A stretch of DNA of 64,000 bases from Podarcis cretensis. Its lineage: Eukaryota. The stretch covers positions 41,540,001 through 41,604,000 of the forward strand of contig OX638158.1 in assembly GCA_951804945.1 (NCBI GenBank), in the 5' to 3' direction. Shown here one piece after another: positions 1-14,010 of this stretch; the first letter of the stretch is position 1; every line of letters begins with the position of its first letter. The notes beneath the pieces are model-generated. The model did no database searches. It was not told the DNA's origin and saw nothing but the letters and a program-made list of their open reading frames with translations. A program made the translations under genes and the position numbers.

Positions 1-3000
1 GCACTCATCAATATTGTAACAGTTCTTAAGGTAAACTTTGAACTTCTTCCAGTCTTCCTCCACCGTCTCTTTCTCTTGGTCACGGATTCTGCCAGTCATT
101 TCTGCCAGTCCCATAAAGTCAATCACTTTCGTCTGCCATTCTGCCAGTGTGGGAAGTTCTTGTGTCTTCCAATACTTTGCTAGAAGGATCCTTGCTGCTG
201 TAGTGGCGTACATAAAAAAAGTCCTATCCTTCCTTGACACCAATTGGCCGACCATGCCCAAGAGAAATGCCTCTGGTATCTTGTGAAAGGTACATTTAAG
301 TACCTTCTTAATTTCATTATAGATCATTTCCCAGAAGGCTTTAATCTTTGGGCAGGTCCACCAAAGGTGAAAGAAGGTACCTTCAGTCTCATTACATTTC
401 CAGCATTTATTATTGGGCAGATGATAAATCTTTGCAAGCTTGACTGGGGTCATGTACCACCTATAAATCATTTTCATAATATTTTCTCTCAAGGCATTAC
501 ATGCCGTGAATTTAATACCGGTGGTCCATAATTGTTCCCAGTCAGCAAACATAATGTCATGACCAATATCCTGTGCCCATTTAATCATGGCTGATTTAAC
601 TGTCTCATCTATTGTATTCCACTTCAGCAACAAATTATACATTCTTGATACATTCTTAGTATTGGGTTCTAACAATTCTGTTTCCAATTTCGATTTCTCC
701 ACCTGGAAGCCAATTTTCCTGTCTTGTTTGAAGGTTTCCATTATTTGGTAGTAATGGAGCTTTACTTTATTTTCTCAAAACTCTGTAGTTTAAATTCACC
801 GCTTTCTTGTTCTAAAATTTCAGAGTATTTTGGCCATTTGGATTCTATGTTAAGTTTCTTCACCTCCTTAGCCTCCATAGGTGATAACCACCTAGGAGTT
901 TTATTTTCCAACAAATCCTTGTATCGAATCCAAACATTATATAGTGCTTTCCTAACAATATGGTTTTTAAAACCCTTGTGAACTTTAACCTTGTCATACC
1001 ATAAATATGCATGCCAGCCAAACCTATTATCAAATCCTTCCAAGTCCAGAGTGTCTGCATTCTCAAGAAGTAGCCAATCTTTCAACCAGCAGAAAGCTGC
1101 CGATTCATAGTACAGTCTTAAATCCGGCAGGGCAACCCCCCCTCTTTCTTTTGCATCAGTAAGTATCTTAAATTTTATTCTGGGCTTTTTGCCCTGCCAG
1201 ATAAATTTAGATATATCTTTCTGCCACTTCTTGAAACAATCTAGTTTATCCACAATTTGTAATGTCTGAAACAAAAATAACATTCTAGGCAATACATTCA
1301 TTTTGATCACTGCGATTCGGCCTAACAAGGAAAGCTTCAGATTCGACCATATTTCTAGATCTTTCTTTACCTCTGTCCAGCATTTATCATAATTGTCTTT
1401 AAATAAATTCACATTTTTAGATGTCATGTTAATCCCCAAATATTTTACTTTCTTTGCCACCATTAACCCAGTTTCATTTTGGAATCTCTCTCTTTCAACA
1501 TTTGTTAATTTTTTTTCCAAAACTTTAGTTTTTTGTTTGTTCAGCTTGAATCCTGCCACCTGACCAAAGAATTGAATTAACTCTAAAACTCTTTTTGTAC
1601 TAGTGTCTGGCTCTTGTAAAGTCAATACTAGGTCATCTGCAAATGCCTTCAATTTGTAGTGTTTAGCTCCGACCTGAACTCCTTTTACCAGCTGGTCCCC
1701 CCTGATCATATTCAACAAAACCTCCAGGACTGATATAAAAAGTAATGGGGATATTGGGCACCCCTGCCGTGTCCCTTTTTCTATGGAAAGTTCATCAGTA
1801 ACCACGTTATTTACAATTAGCTTTGCCTTTTGTTCAGAATATATTGCACTTATACCATTTTCAAACCTTTGACCTACCCCCATCCCATGGAGATTCTTCT
1901 TCATGAAATTCCAAGAGATATTATCAAAGGCTTTCTCCGCGTCCACAAAGCTTAGGACTGCCTTCGTATTAATATTTACAGTTAGCAGTTCCATAATGTC
2001 AATTATGTTCCTTACATTATCTGATAAGTGTCTTCCTGGGAGAAAGCCTGCCTGGTCCTTATGAATCTCCTCCATTAACACCCTCTTCAGTCTTTTTGCT
2101 AAAATGTCAGCAAATATTTTATAATCCACATTAAGTAGTGACATAGGGCGGTAGTTCTTGATCTGGTTTTTTTCAGTTTCAGTCTTTGGTATAAGTGTGA
2201 TAAATGCTTCTTTCCACGATTCAGGTGCCTTTTTCCCCTCTAATATTTCGTTACAAACCTCCTTAAGCGGCTGTATTAACCATTCTTTCAATGCTTTATA
2301 ATATCTGGAGGTTAGTCCATCTGGTCCTGGAGATTTCCCTAGTTGCATGTTTTGAATGGCACCCTCCATTTCTTGATCTGTTATTTTCTCATTTAAAATC
2401 AACATACTTTGTTGCGAAATTTTTTGTAATCCATATTTCTTAAGAAAATCTTCTATATCTCCTTCGTTTTCCGGCCCTTGTGCATATAATCTCCTGAAAT
2501 AGCTCTGAAAGCAATTGCTGATCTCATTTGGTTTAAAGATGTTCTTTCCATCCACATCCAAGCTTGTGACTGTATTTAATTTCTGTCTCTTCTTCAACTG
2601 CCATGCTAGAAGTTTCCCGCATTTGTCCGCTGATTCAAATGTCCTCTGTCTCATTTGCTTGATTTTCCATTCTATCTCCTGGTTCATCAATTCCATATAT
2701 TGCATCTGATAAAATTTAATTTCTCTCAGAATCTCATGAGACTTTGGTTTAGACCTCAGTTTCTTTTCTCCTTCTTTTATTTTTTCCAGAATCTTATCCT
2801 TCCTTTCATTTTGTTTCTTTCTCTTTAAAGAGTTCTGTTGTATCAGAAAACCTCGCATCACGGCCTTGCTTGCGTCCCAAATCACTCTTTTCTCAACATC
2901 TGTCCTCAGATTTATCTCAAAATAGTCCTTCAAGGTTTTTTGGGCCTTTTTGTAAATCTCCACCTCTCTGAATAGGGTGTCATTCATTCTCCATCTGAAG

Positions 3001-3388
3001 GATCCAGCTGTTGTTAGTTTCATTTCCATCTTCACTGCGTTATGGTCGGAGCATGTCTTTGGGCAGATTTCCACCTTTTTTATCCTTGGAGCCATTCCAC
3101 TAGTAGTCCATATTTGATCTATTCTTGTCCATGTCATTTGTGCCTCTGAAAAGAATGTTCCCTCTCTCTCAAGAGGGTTTCTTGTTCTCCAGATATCAAT
3201 CAGGTCCATGTTTTCAGTCATTTCAAAGAAGGTCTTAGGTAGTCTCCCATCCTTAGAAACCACCTGTCTTTGTGCTTTATCCATATTTGTAGAGACCACG
3301 CCATTCATATCTCCTAATAAGATCACCTTATAATCCAAATAATCCATTAATGTCTCATGCAATTTCTTGTAGAATTCTGCCTTCCCTC
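1..3388 (-). mobile_element. 5'-truncated L1-clade LINE, ORF2 (APE endonuclease C-half plus reverse transcriptase); runs off the window start
   Basis: 866-aa ORF 762..3362 with TRIDQIW/SDH endonuclease motifs and KSPGPDG, NYRPMSLLNVDYK, GTRQGCPISPLLF, AFADD; frameshift near 762 relative to the second copy. Confidence 0.92.
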
Positions 3389-3626
3389 TCGAGGGAGCTG
3401 GCGTACAGCTTCTGTGACCAGCATGACAAAGCCACCTCTGGTAAACCAGAGCAGCACACGGAAATGCCGTTTACCTTCCCGCCGGAGCGGTACCTATTTA
3501 TCTACTTGCACTTTGATGTGCTTTCGAACTTCTAGGTTGGCAGGAGCAGGGACCAAGCAATGGGAGCTCACCCCGTCGCGGGGATTCAAACTGCCGACCT
3601 TCTGATTGGCAAGTCCTAGGCTCTGT
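3389..3626 (-). mobile_element. Sauria-type SINE fragment abutting the L1 5' end
   Basis: Matches the internal part of the other SINE copies (GTGCAAGTAGATAAATAGGTACC core on the minus strand). Confidence 0.85.
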
Positions 3627-4502
3627 AGAGAAGTTATGCAGGCACAACTTTTCTGAACTTGAAAGGGCCTTGAAAGGATGAAGACTATTTGCTTTTCTGC
3701 TGATATTTTTGCTTTTGAAATTAGAAAATTCTGGTGATAGGTTCACATTTACCTGCAGAATCTCTTGATTATTTTTTGTTGTATGCTGAACCTTAAATTC
3801 TACCATCGTCACCATTTTGCCCCACTTACTGTCTTCAAAGTTAATGAAACTGCACCCATTTACGCAATTCATTGTTTTAAGTGTGTTCAAATGTCCATAC
3901 AGAACAAGGTATGAGTAACACAGCTGGGGAACATGTTTATTTTTACATCTGAGGAAATAGTTTTGGTCAGACTCAGTGTGATTCTCAAGTCATGTTAGGG
4001 TGACTCAGGGCTCTGTCCTATCCTAAAAGAGTTTACATAATTTGGTCCAGGTGGTAAAGGTATTTGAGAAATCAAAGGGCAGTCGAGGGGGAGGGATGAG
4101 TCATGTCACTATTTCAGAAAAAGTAACACGTACTGCTGTCAAGTCATTCATAGGCCATCACTCTAAATAGTACATGACTCTCAAAGATAACTGAATAAAA
4201 TAAATGAGGCATGTACCATTGGGATTTTTTAATTTAAAAAAGCATGTTTCATAAAGACCAGTAAAGCCTATATTGTGTAAGTTACCAAAAAGTAAGAGAA
4301 CTGGGCATTTTTAATCAAATGTCTTGCTCATTGCTAAGTGAGCACAAACAAGTAAAATTCCTGTAGATGATTGAAAATCTATTTAAGTTTGTAAACCAAT
4401 ATAGAAAGGAAACAAGATGGCAAACTGAATAAACTGAATAGCCAGCTCTCTTATTGGCATGCACCATATACAGAGTGATTTTAGACTTTTATTTCTACTA
4501 GG

Positions 4503-4620
4503 CAGTGCTTTTATTTTAGAAATAAGGTGCCGATGCTCACAATAAAGTTGTTGCAGTAAGTGTCACGCTTTTAACCAATGCTTTTCTTCTACCCTTGAGT
4601 ACCCCCAGAAAGAAGCACTG
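4503..4620. mobile_element. Short hAT-type MITE related to 34751-35002
   Basis: TIRs CAGTGCTT / AAGCACTG; TSD CTACTAGG / GTACTAGG. Confidence 0.7.
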
Positions 4621-4699
4621 GTACTAGGGGCTATGCCCCTGCCCCTGCTCACCAACCCCTCTGCCATTTCCCCCTTATTAACTGCCTGGAGTTTTGCCG

Positions 4700-5450
4700 G
4701 CACAGATGCATAACGGCTATGGCAGGTGAAGGGAAGGCCACAAGAATGACACAGGAGACTGGTATTGGGTTGAATTATTGCTTACAACTTTATTGATTAC
4801 AGGAAAGAGTAGGTTTGGCTAAGGCATTAGGCATGTATCCCGCCTGCTACCTGATGGAAACCTGGTGGGGTCAAACCTTTGCTGCGAAGTCACCCCCAAC
4901 ATGGATTGGATGCCACAGCCCCACCCAGGCCACTGTTGGGAGAGGTATATGGGCCTGTTGGTCCCCTAGCAGACTCCTGGACAGAGTCACCCCTTCTGGA
5001 CTGCTCTAACGGGCTACCCTTGTTATTAAGGATGCAGCCCAATGCCTTATCCACCCAAGTTGTGATGGTTGCTCTGAGGTAGGAGAAACCTACAAGCCGG
5101 TCCATTTGCTTACAGGAGAAAGGGAGCCCTGAATAGGGCGACTGAATTAACCACAGCAAGGTCCATAGGCAATGTGCCCACTTTCCCCCCCTCCCCACCC
5201 CGGTGGGCCCCTAAAGACTTGGTGGGTGGAAAAATCCCATGGCGATCGGCCAAGAGGGCAGCTGCCACCTGGACAACCCCTTAGATAGGCTGGGTTGAGA
5301 TTGCAGCAGGCACTGCCCACCCTTTCTTGAGTGTCTGACTTGGCTAGAGGTGGGCAGTGCCAGCTATCCCTTTCCCTGGCCGCGCCTGGAAGACAGCAGC
5401 CTCCCTGAACCCACCACTGCCGTGCCATGCTGCAACAGCCACCCACCCGG
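4700..5450 (-). mobile_element. DIRS/LTR-like terminal region, related to 37110-37900
   Basis: Shares ACAACTTTATTG, TTGGCT-AGGCA and GCAGGTGAAGG-GGCCACAA blocks with the second copy; boundaries approximate. Confidence 0.4.
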
Positions 5451-5935
5451 AGTCCCAGGTGAGCAGATACTCCCTTCCTATCCCATGCAGCTACTAAGTT
5501 CGTTATTCCCCTTCACGGCCCCGTTTCGGTCTTCTCTTCTGCAATTCTGCTTTGCACCTTTGCTTTCACCTTCACCCTCATGCCCTCATGCCCTGTTTCC
5601 CTCTGTGCCCCTCCATATGCTTTACTCAAAGCTCTGCTGTTGTTAAAAACCACCATTTTCCTCTCAGTTACCTCCACCCCTGCTTTACTCAAAACTTCTG
5701 CTGTTGTTTTGAACCACCACTCTTCCCCTGACAGGGTCCCTCCCTTCTCACTCTCTTTTGATGGCTGCTGGTGCTGTGCAGCCTGCCTTCTCTTTTGCTC
5801 CCCTGCCCCACCCTGCCCTCATACAAATACAGGATTGTGATGCGGCACGACTGATCCTTCAGTGGTGGACACAGGATGATATAGCCTTGCACGTTTATGT
5901 ATATAGGAGGATGGGTGTATCCATAGGTTTTTCTG

Positions 5936-5963
<28 letters not shown>
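5936..5963 (+). repeat. (GAT)n microsatellite
   Basis: Direct reading. Confidence 0.9.
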
Positions 5964-5966
<3 letters not shown>

Positions 5967-8053
5967 AAATGAGTTGTGAAACACCTCTTGGGTCAGTGAT
6001 GAAACTGATATTGACTTGCAGAGAGAGGATACCAAAATTCATATCATGAAGATTTGTAGACAGGTCCTTGTGACAGTATTCGTTCCCATTTACCTACTGG
6101 CAACATAGAAGAATGGTGCATGGTTTCTGTTCCAGTCATGTCAGTTTCCAGGATATGTGGGAATTTGAGATCCTCTTTTCCCCCTATCTCTAAGAGATAG
6201 TTGGGGTTGGCAGTGCTGATCATCAGCTAGGTTTGGGTCAAGGTGATCTATGATCAAAGCAGCAGGCATGCAGTTTCCTGCTGAGTCTCTTGTTCTCTGG
6301 ATTTGAGCATTGTGTAGCCACAATCACTTCCTCTTCCCCCATGTCAGCTGGGAAAATCTTGAATGAGACCCATTTGTTTGTTGTTCGTAAAATGAAATTG
6401 TGTTGTCAGACACAGAACATGTTTCTAATACATCTGTATACATTTTGAAGCAATTGTCTTGCCAAATGTCCTTTTCAAGATGAACAATAACAGTAAAGCA
6501 CAAAAATCTACTAAAATTAGACTTTCTCCTTCTGTTTACAAAATTCCCATTGAAGTGCAGTATCCTAAGTTTTATGTTTAAATTGCTTGCCATTGTGTAA
6601 GCATTCTATATAAAATAGGTCAGCTTATAGTACTGGCATTTGGACATTATGTTGGCAGAACAAATGTTAATTTTCTATCACTCTGACAGTGCAAAGTAGA
6701 AGGCATGTTGCACTAGATGTTGCATATTAATTGAAAAGGCTTTCATAATGTGCAACATCTGGGTTGTATGGAACGTGGCATGACAATCAAATATAGAAAA
6801 ATAGATCTGTGTTAAATAAATGTAGAACATCCTAGGGCACAAAAGAAAGGACTGTGTGCATGGCTGAAATATTAGTCAAGCCAACTGAGAAATATGATCG
6901 TGCATTGTTTCTAAAATTTATTCAGGCTGATGGGGAAATTCTAGACAAACCCACAAGACAGGATTTGGATGGCATGTTCAACAGCCATTGGCTTAGGTAA
7001 GCATGGCTTGGGAGCAAAAAGGACCAGAAAGGAGCAAACCAGCTTCAAGCTCCTCCCTAGAAGCCCATGTGTTTGTGCAGTTCCAGTAAACCATAGTAGG
7101 GCTTTCTGTGTCATATGAACCAGGCCATTGCCTTTTTAAACCATTGCAAACTTTGTAAAATTATTGCATAAAAGCTCATGATTGCTTCTGTTATCAGACT
7201 CCAATCTCCTTTCTAAAGAGAGCTGTGCACTCCAACAGATGATGATGTCTCAATATGGCAGACGTGATCACTGATGACATTGTAGGGACACCTTCTCTTG
7301 AGGTGTCAGCCTCATCACAGGCTTAATTAACAGATCTGTTCCCATTAAGGGTGCCATACGATTGTCATACTGAGTTTCTCTCTCCTCAAGTTCACAGCTG
7401 TCCACACCTCAGCTTGATGGGTCAATGAAACCAGTAGCCTAATTATTTTGAAGGCAAACGTTTGGAACTCAAAATCTCTGTTCTCAGGCGGGATTTATCT
7501 AAAACAATTCTAAGTCTGTGGATCAAAAAAGATCATAATCACAGAGAGACCTAACCGAGCTGAACACAAAGCAACAATATTTCTGTGCCAGGGTGCTTTT
7601 TCTTTCCCTTTCCCCTCAAAAAGACTGCCTTCTTTTACTGCACATGAAATATGAATTATTATTTGGCAAAAGAATTTGTGCACACGGTAAATGTTTCTCT
7701 TGTTCAGAGGAAGTTTCTTGGCTGGGAAAGAAGAGTGAGGATCACTGTCAGCACCTTTTCACCTTGTCTGAAACCATTTACAATGAGAATATGTAGAAGA
7801 TACCTGCAACCACTTTCACTGTCCTTACCTCCCATCTCCTAGTCTTCATCTGCACTGTGTGCTCTGAGCATTCCTTGGGTAGAACTTTTCTGTGTTATCT
7901 GGATTCCTACTTTTTGCTGTGTCACAGATCATGTGTGCAACTTGTACCTCCATTGAAATCAATGATAAATTAATCACTGAAATTGATTTCACGGGGTCTG
8001 TTCCTAAGCATGACTAAGGCTGCATTTACAGCATGTATTTGAAGCATTATGAT

Positions 8054-8501
8054 CAGTGTCAGATTTACATATAAGCTAAACAAGCTATAGCTTAGGGCCC
8101 CACTCTCTTGAGGGCCCCCAAAAAATTAAAGGGGAAAAAACTGGATCTACATTTCCAAAATATAAGATAAAAAACAAATTAAATAAAATCTACATACAGC
8201 AACAGTGTTTTGTGTTGCGTAGGCTCCTGTGGTGTAAGTAATGGGCCCCGTCTGCTAGCCTGCTCCCTAAAATTGTATTTCAGTTCAACAATTACTTTGA
8301 TAAAATACATATTTTGTTATGTGCAAATAGCTTTAGATACCTATTACCATAAATTACCATATAGGTCCATAAATTACCATATAGCATATATTCAACACAA
8401 AAAACAGTGACAATTTGTTGTTGACAAAGGACAGCTGGACATATCAAGGGCCCCATTACCTTCAGTAGCTTAGGGCCTCATCATACCTAAATCCGGCCCT
8501 G
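8054..8501. mobile_element. hAT-type non-autonomous DNA transposon (MITE)
   Basis: Imperfect TIRs CAGTGTCAGATTTA / TAAATCCGGCCCTG; 8-bp TSD ATTATGAT / ACTATGAT. Confidence 0.8.
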
Positions 8502-9751
8502 ACTATGATACATCTATAAACAGTCATGACTTGCCCCCCAAAGGATCCTAGGTCAAGGGTGCTAAGAGTTGTAGGGAGACTTCTGTTCCCGTCACAGAGC
8601 TATAATTCGCAGCATAGTTTTAACAATAAAGCCCTCTTCACAGAAAGCTCTGGGAAGGGAATAGTGGCATCTCAACAACTCTCAGCACCCTACATGGGGA
8701 AAGCCATGACAGTGGTCTCATAGTGCTTTAAATGTATGGTGTGCATGTGGCATAAATCTGGATCCAACCCATAAATTCTGTGCGCAGAGAGCAGATGAGG
8801 ACATGGAGGTCAGAAGTGGGCACAGCAGCTGGTATCTCCCTTCAGAAGCATGTGTTTTTTCAGATTTATGTGTCAAGAGCCATAGATATTTGTGACTTGT
8901 TTCTGAACACTATCCTGATAAATGTATGTGTTCATGGAATACCATGTAGCATCAGAAAACTAGTTATTCTTTCCCCATAATCTTCTGGCAATTCTATTTT
9001 TTTTTTGTTTTTCTTTAATTATTGAAGCCCCCTTTCCAAAAGTGGGTTATAAGAAAATTAAACATAATGTGGAGCAACATGTTTAGCCCTTCAAATTTCA
9101 GGATTAAAATGTGGGATTATCTGCTGAGTAATTTCTGTGCTTCACTTTTTAATTGGTGTGATAACCCCACAGTTGCCTTGTAAACTTTAAGAGTGCAGTT
9201 TGATCTGTCAAACTGTATTAGTTATGCAGCAGTTTCTACCTTCAGGCCTCCCAAACTATGACTGACCATGCAACATTTCTGCTGCAAACAATAATTCTAG
9301 ATGACAGTATCCCTTTGGTTTCTGTGCATCTATGAGGCAAATGCAGAGCAGAGGTCATTATCATCACAAGCTGTTATGTAACTGCATAGAACAAAAGCAT
9401 GCATTCCTGTGATTTAACGTGGGGCAACGTATTCTTAGAGACTTTGCTATCCGACAGTGCCTAAGAGCCAAGCTACACATCCAACTTTAAAATAACTTTT
9501 GTGTCAACAAATGGCATTTACCTGTGCTTTTGTCAAGCATGAATTCAAAACTGCTGTCTTACCCCATTATTAACTCATCCCTCAGGAGCCAAGCATGACA
9601 GAAATAATCTCGTTTTTAAAGCAGAAAGAAAAGCTTAATTTTCCTGTGAGGCAATTTGGGGGGGGTCTGCTATTATATCCCCAGTGGAAGATCTTTGTCT
9701 GTTTCCTTTCAGGACAGAAAAGCCAAAGCTTTAGATAGCTAGGTGCATCCT

Positions 9752-10099
9752 AGGTAAAGGGTAAAGGGACCCCTGACCATTAGGTCCAGTCATGGATGAC
9801 TCTGGGGTTGTGGCGCTCATCTCGCTTTATTGGCCGAGGGAGCCGTTGTACAGCTTCCGGGTCATGTGGCCAGCATGACTAAGCCGCTTCTGGCGAACCA
9901 GAGCAGTGTATGGAAACCCCGCTTACCTTCTCGCTGTGATACCTATTTAGCTACTTGCACTTTGACGTGCTTTCAAACTGCTAGGTTGGCAGGAGCTGGA
10001 ACCGAGCAACAGGAGCTTATCCCATTGCAGGGATTCAAACCGCCAACCTTCTGACCGGCAAGCCCTAGGCTCTGTGGTTTAACCCACAGTGCCACCTGC
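9752..10099 (-). mobile_element. Sauria-type SINE, near full length
   Basis: tRNA-like head, shared core, CCTTTACC tail on the minus strand; CTAGGTGCA on both flanks. Confidence 0.88.
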
Positions 10100-11247
10100 C
10101 TAGGTGCAGGTAAACAGAAAATTTAAGCTGATACTTTTTACCCCTAACACCAAAATAAATTTACTGGTTTGTGGGGGGTGAGGGATCTGATGTCAGCAAT
10201 ACTGAGATGTCTAAATAATACATGCAAGCAATGCATGTATTAATTTGGGCTTTTATTCCAATAAAATCAAGTTAGTTTTAATTGATTAAGTACAGTAATT
10301 GATTAAATCCATATAGATTTGCATACAATTGAAACAATAGTTTTGAAGGCAAGCCTTTGCTTTCAGATGGATATATGTGTGTGAATGTCACTGCAGATGT
10401 TAGCTTAGAAAAGTAATTAGACAGCATGTCCACTCCAGGTGCCCAAGTGGCTAGCTCTGCCACTGCCCCCATCCGGGCATTCAGACAGAATCCTTCCCCC
10501 TGGACCACTTTACCGGGGTACCCTAATATCTGATTAAGAAGTAGTGTGTAGGACTCCTTTCCTCTGTTTAGGCTAAGGATGTAACTCAATGCCTTTTTCT
10601 GTCAGCAAGTTGTGACAGTTGCCAGATCCTTGGTCCCAAATACAGCGACCAAGTAACTCCATAGCAAGGCTGTCCATTTACCCATGGTCAGCTGAGGCTG
10701 ATGACAACACCAGCTGGCCCCATGGGAAAGAATCTCCCCTCCCAGTTTGCCCATAGCCATGCCAGGCTGCAACTGCCGCCCCTGCCAAAATGGTAAGCGG
10801 TTTTGTGTTCCTTTCTAATAATGAATGAACAAGTCATCAACTAAAAGCAGCTAAGTCAAAACACCAATTTTAGTTCCTCAATGAGATGAAGCTGGCTGAA
10901 ATCCAGATATTTTAGTTTAAACAGTTACTGTATCAGAGTGATGAATGATTAACCTCTGCAAAAACTATAAATCATCAAATCTGTAATTTACTGCCTAACC
11001 TTATAAAAACCTCAGACACACTCTCCTGCAGAATCCACTCCTGCTTAAGCTTTTAATATTCTCTCTGTACTGTATTGATCTGCTTCACCGTGGTTTAATT
11101 AAACTAAGTGAATTATATTATTAAGGTATAATTATTTCAGAAGAGTCTTTAGAATACAATAACATAATGGATTGGAAAACCATTTTACGAAGTGACATAT
11201 ATGCTTCAGATTATTGTGTGTATTCTTTGAGACATTGAGGGTATTAT

Positions 11248-11384
11248 CAGGCATAGGCAACCTTCGGCTCTCCAGATATTTTGGACTACAACTCCCATGA
11301 TCCCTAGCTAACAGGACCAGTTGTCAGGGATGATGGGAATTGTAGTCCAAAACATCTGGAGGGCTGAAGGTTGCCGTTGCCTGC
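11248..11384. mobile_element. Short palindromic MITE (related fragment at ~30555-30645)
   Basis: GACTACAACTCCCATGATCCC ... GGGATGATGGGAATTGTAGTCC inverted arms. Confidence 0.65.
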
Positions 11385-12158
11385 AATAGATTGTCAATAA
11401 CAACTGCCGCCTAATAACAACAACTAAAAATCCTCCCCATTCCTAAGTTACATAGGTTGCTGAAAAAGAAGTTTGGCAGGAAAACCAGTAGTGGATTCTT
11501 GTGTGAAAGGAATTGTAAGCTTCATTCAGATAATGATCACAAATTCCTAGGCTGGGTATGATATCAGAGGCACCATGTTTTTTAATTCTTAGCATATGTC
11601 TTCCCACCCGACTACCATTTTGTACTGGGCTCTGGCTGGTGGATCTAAAATATTAAGCATATCCCACAAGTTCCATCCTGCCAGGTGAGTGGTTTGTAGC
11701 AGTCAATACCAATAGTAGCCTCACTGGCTTTGAAAGGCATAGGAGGTGAACTTGCATGGGACTGATCAATAATACTATGTGTGTTTTACTATGCCATGGG
11801 TATATATAATGTCACTTTCATCAAAGGTTTACCTTATAATGCTAATTAAAAGATGAAAGGATATAGTTGCAAGGAAAGTGTTCGGCTCTCCTCTCCTGCC
11901 AACAATTCTCTGCGGCAAATTGCTTCCACCTGATCAGTTTTGATCCAGTGTTTATTCACCTGATCTCCAAGATCAGAACTAAGCCAGAATGAGGGGGTGG
12001 GGGCATTTGCAGAATAGTGGGCAGATGATGGAAAGGCATGTCAGTTAACCCATACAATTGCCCTGGACTCAGCCACACATTTATGTTACCTCAGAAAACA
12101 TAGGTTTGGGGACATATGAGTGCTAAGGAAACAGACAGTTTTGCCCTAAAATGTAATA

Positions 12159-12355
12159 CAGTGGTACCTCTACTTACGAACATTCGCACCCCGAAAAGTC
12201 CGTAAGTAGAGTGCTGCTACTGCGAATACGCGAAGCACACAGATTGCTTCTGTGCGCATGCGCACAGGGAACTCGGAAGCAAACACTTCCGGGTTTGCTG
12301 CATTCGTAACCTGAAAAGCCACAATGTGAAGCAAGCGTAACACAAGGTATGACTG
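12159..12355. mobile_element. Tc1/mariner (Tigger-like) MITE
   Basis: TA|CAGTGGTACCT ... AGGTATGACTG|TA. Confidence 0.8.
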
Positions 12356-12657
12356 TACTGGTGGCTTCTGTTACAAGAATTTTAAAATACATTATGCGAA
12401 CCTTATACTGACACCTGACAGCATATTTTACTGTTCAGTGGAATATAACTCTAGACTGTTGGTACTTTTCAAAGCAGGGCATAGCCCTGCATATTAATCT
12501 GAGAGAGGCATTTCATTCCCATTGTTTTCAAAAGTTCTTAGAAATTTTCCAGCACTCAAGCTTTAGTTCTGTTAGATTTTCTGAAATTGGAGATTAAATC
12601 AATACAATATTTTCATGCTAAATGTTTTCCTCTTGCATATTTTCTCCATCTTTGCAG

Positions 12658-12759
12658 GAATTTGCTGCACTTACAAAAGAGCTAAATGCATGCAGGGAAC
12701 AACTACTGGAAAAAGAAGAAGAAATTTCTGAACTGAAAGCTGAAAGGAATAACACAAGA
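12658..12759 (+). CDS. PPFIA2: Liprin-alpha-2 coding exon ([34 protein letters not shown])
   Basis: tttgcag|GAA...AGA|gtaagt; 102 nt, phase 0/0; peptide matches liprin-alpha-2 as I recall it. Confidence 0.95.
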
Positions 12760-13697
12760 GTAAGTATAAAAATAATCAGTTATGCGTTTTCTGTACAACG
12801 ATGTATCAGATAATTTTAGCACTGCTTTTTATCTTATAAAATTCTATGAGAATTGTGAAAATACATTCTGATGGACCAGAACCATCATGCCTGACTATTG
12901 ACATGCTGGCTGCAGCTGATGGAAGTTAGAATCCAACAATATTTGCAGAGCCACTGGTTCATCAATGTCATTCTTTTGTAATAGCCTTTTGATAGTTCAA
13001 GTGGTTTGTTTGGAAATTCATATCTTGAGTTCTATTTTCCACCTGCTCTTTGGGGAGTAGTTTAAAAGTAGACATTCACTGATCAGATTTGGGTTGATTT
13101 AGCATTTATTAACTTTCTGGATTTCTCCCAGTCTGGCTTTTGATCAAAGTGTGAAATTGAACAGTGTCTAGCACCAAAAAGATTGACAGGGAAAATTTGG
13201 CTTCTAATCAGTTGATTCCCAAAACCTTTTCATGGTCAATGTTGTGACTGGAATATGACAGTGTGTGGACTGGTGAACATTCCTGGGATAATTTTTGAGC
13301 AGTTCTGACTTTTCAGAGCAGCGATATACCAAAGAGTGCTAATGTATGATGAGTAGAGGAGTCTTCCTTACAGAATTCCTATCTCCCTACCTTTCTGATC
13401 AATGTTTATACTGAACCAGTTTATATATGGAATTTTGGAGTTAGTGTTATAAGCATGATGAAACCTGGTCATGTGTTTGATGTTTCTTCCAACCCATGTA
13501 CTACCAGTTTCACAGTGATTTCCTTCAGAATGGATAAATATATGTATGGAAACAAAAGTATCTTTGATGCCTTCATCCATTAGGCAGAAGTTGCATTTGG
13601 TAAAGCAAGTACCACTTTGTAGAAGTTGGGATCCACAGGAAAAGGCATATCTTTGGCAGCTTCTTAAATTAAGAGCTGTATTGTCTAGGAGCCCCTT

Positions 13698-14010
13698 ACT
13701 GGTTTTCCCAGTTGTGATGTATGGAAGTGAGAGCTGGACCACAAAGAAGGCTTATCGCCTGGAGAATTGATGCTTTTGAATTGTGGTGTTGGAGGAGACT
13801 CTTGAGAGTCCCATGGACTGCAAGAAGATCAAACCTATCCATTCTGAAGGAAATCAGCCCTGAGTGCTCACTGGAAGGACAGATCCTGAAGCTGAGGCTC
13901 CAATACTCCAATACAATTCAAAAGCATCAATTCTTCGGCAATCAGCCTTCTTTATGGTCCAGCTCTCACTTCCATACATCACTACTGGGAAAACCATAGT
14001 TTTAACTATA
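13698..14010. mobile_element. Rearranged BovB fragment: sense piece followed by an inverted copy of its own 5' part
   Basis: 13698-13911 matches ~14891-15097; ~13914-14010 is the reverse complement of the same start. Confidence 0.85.

Noticed and set aside
1-12657. Searched for the preceding PPFIA2 exon (DIESLTGG...ADPP-like)
   Set aside because: Not found by eye; probably upstream of the window.
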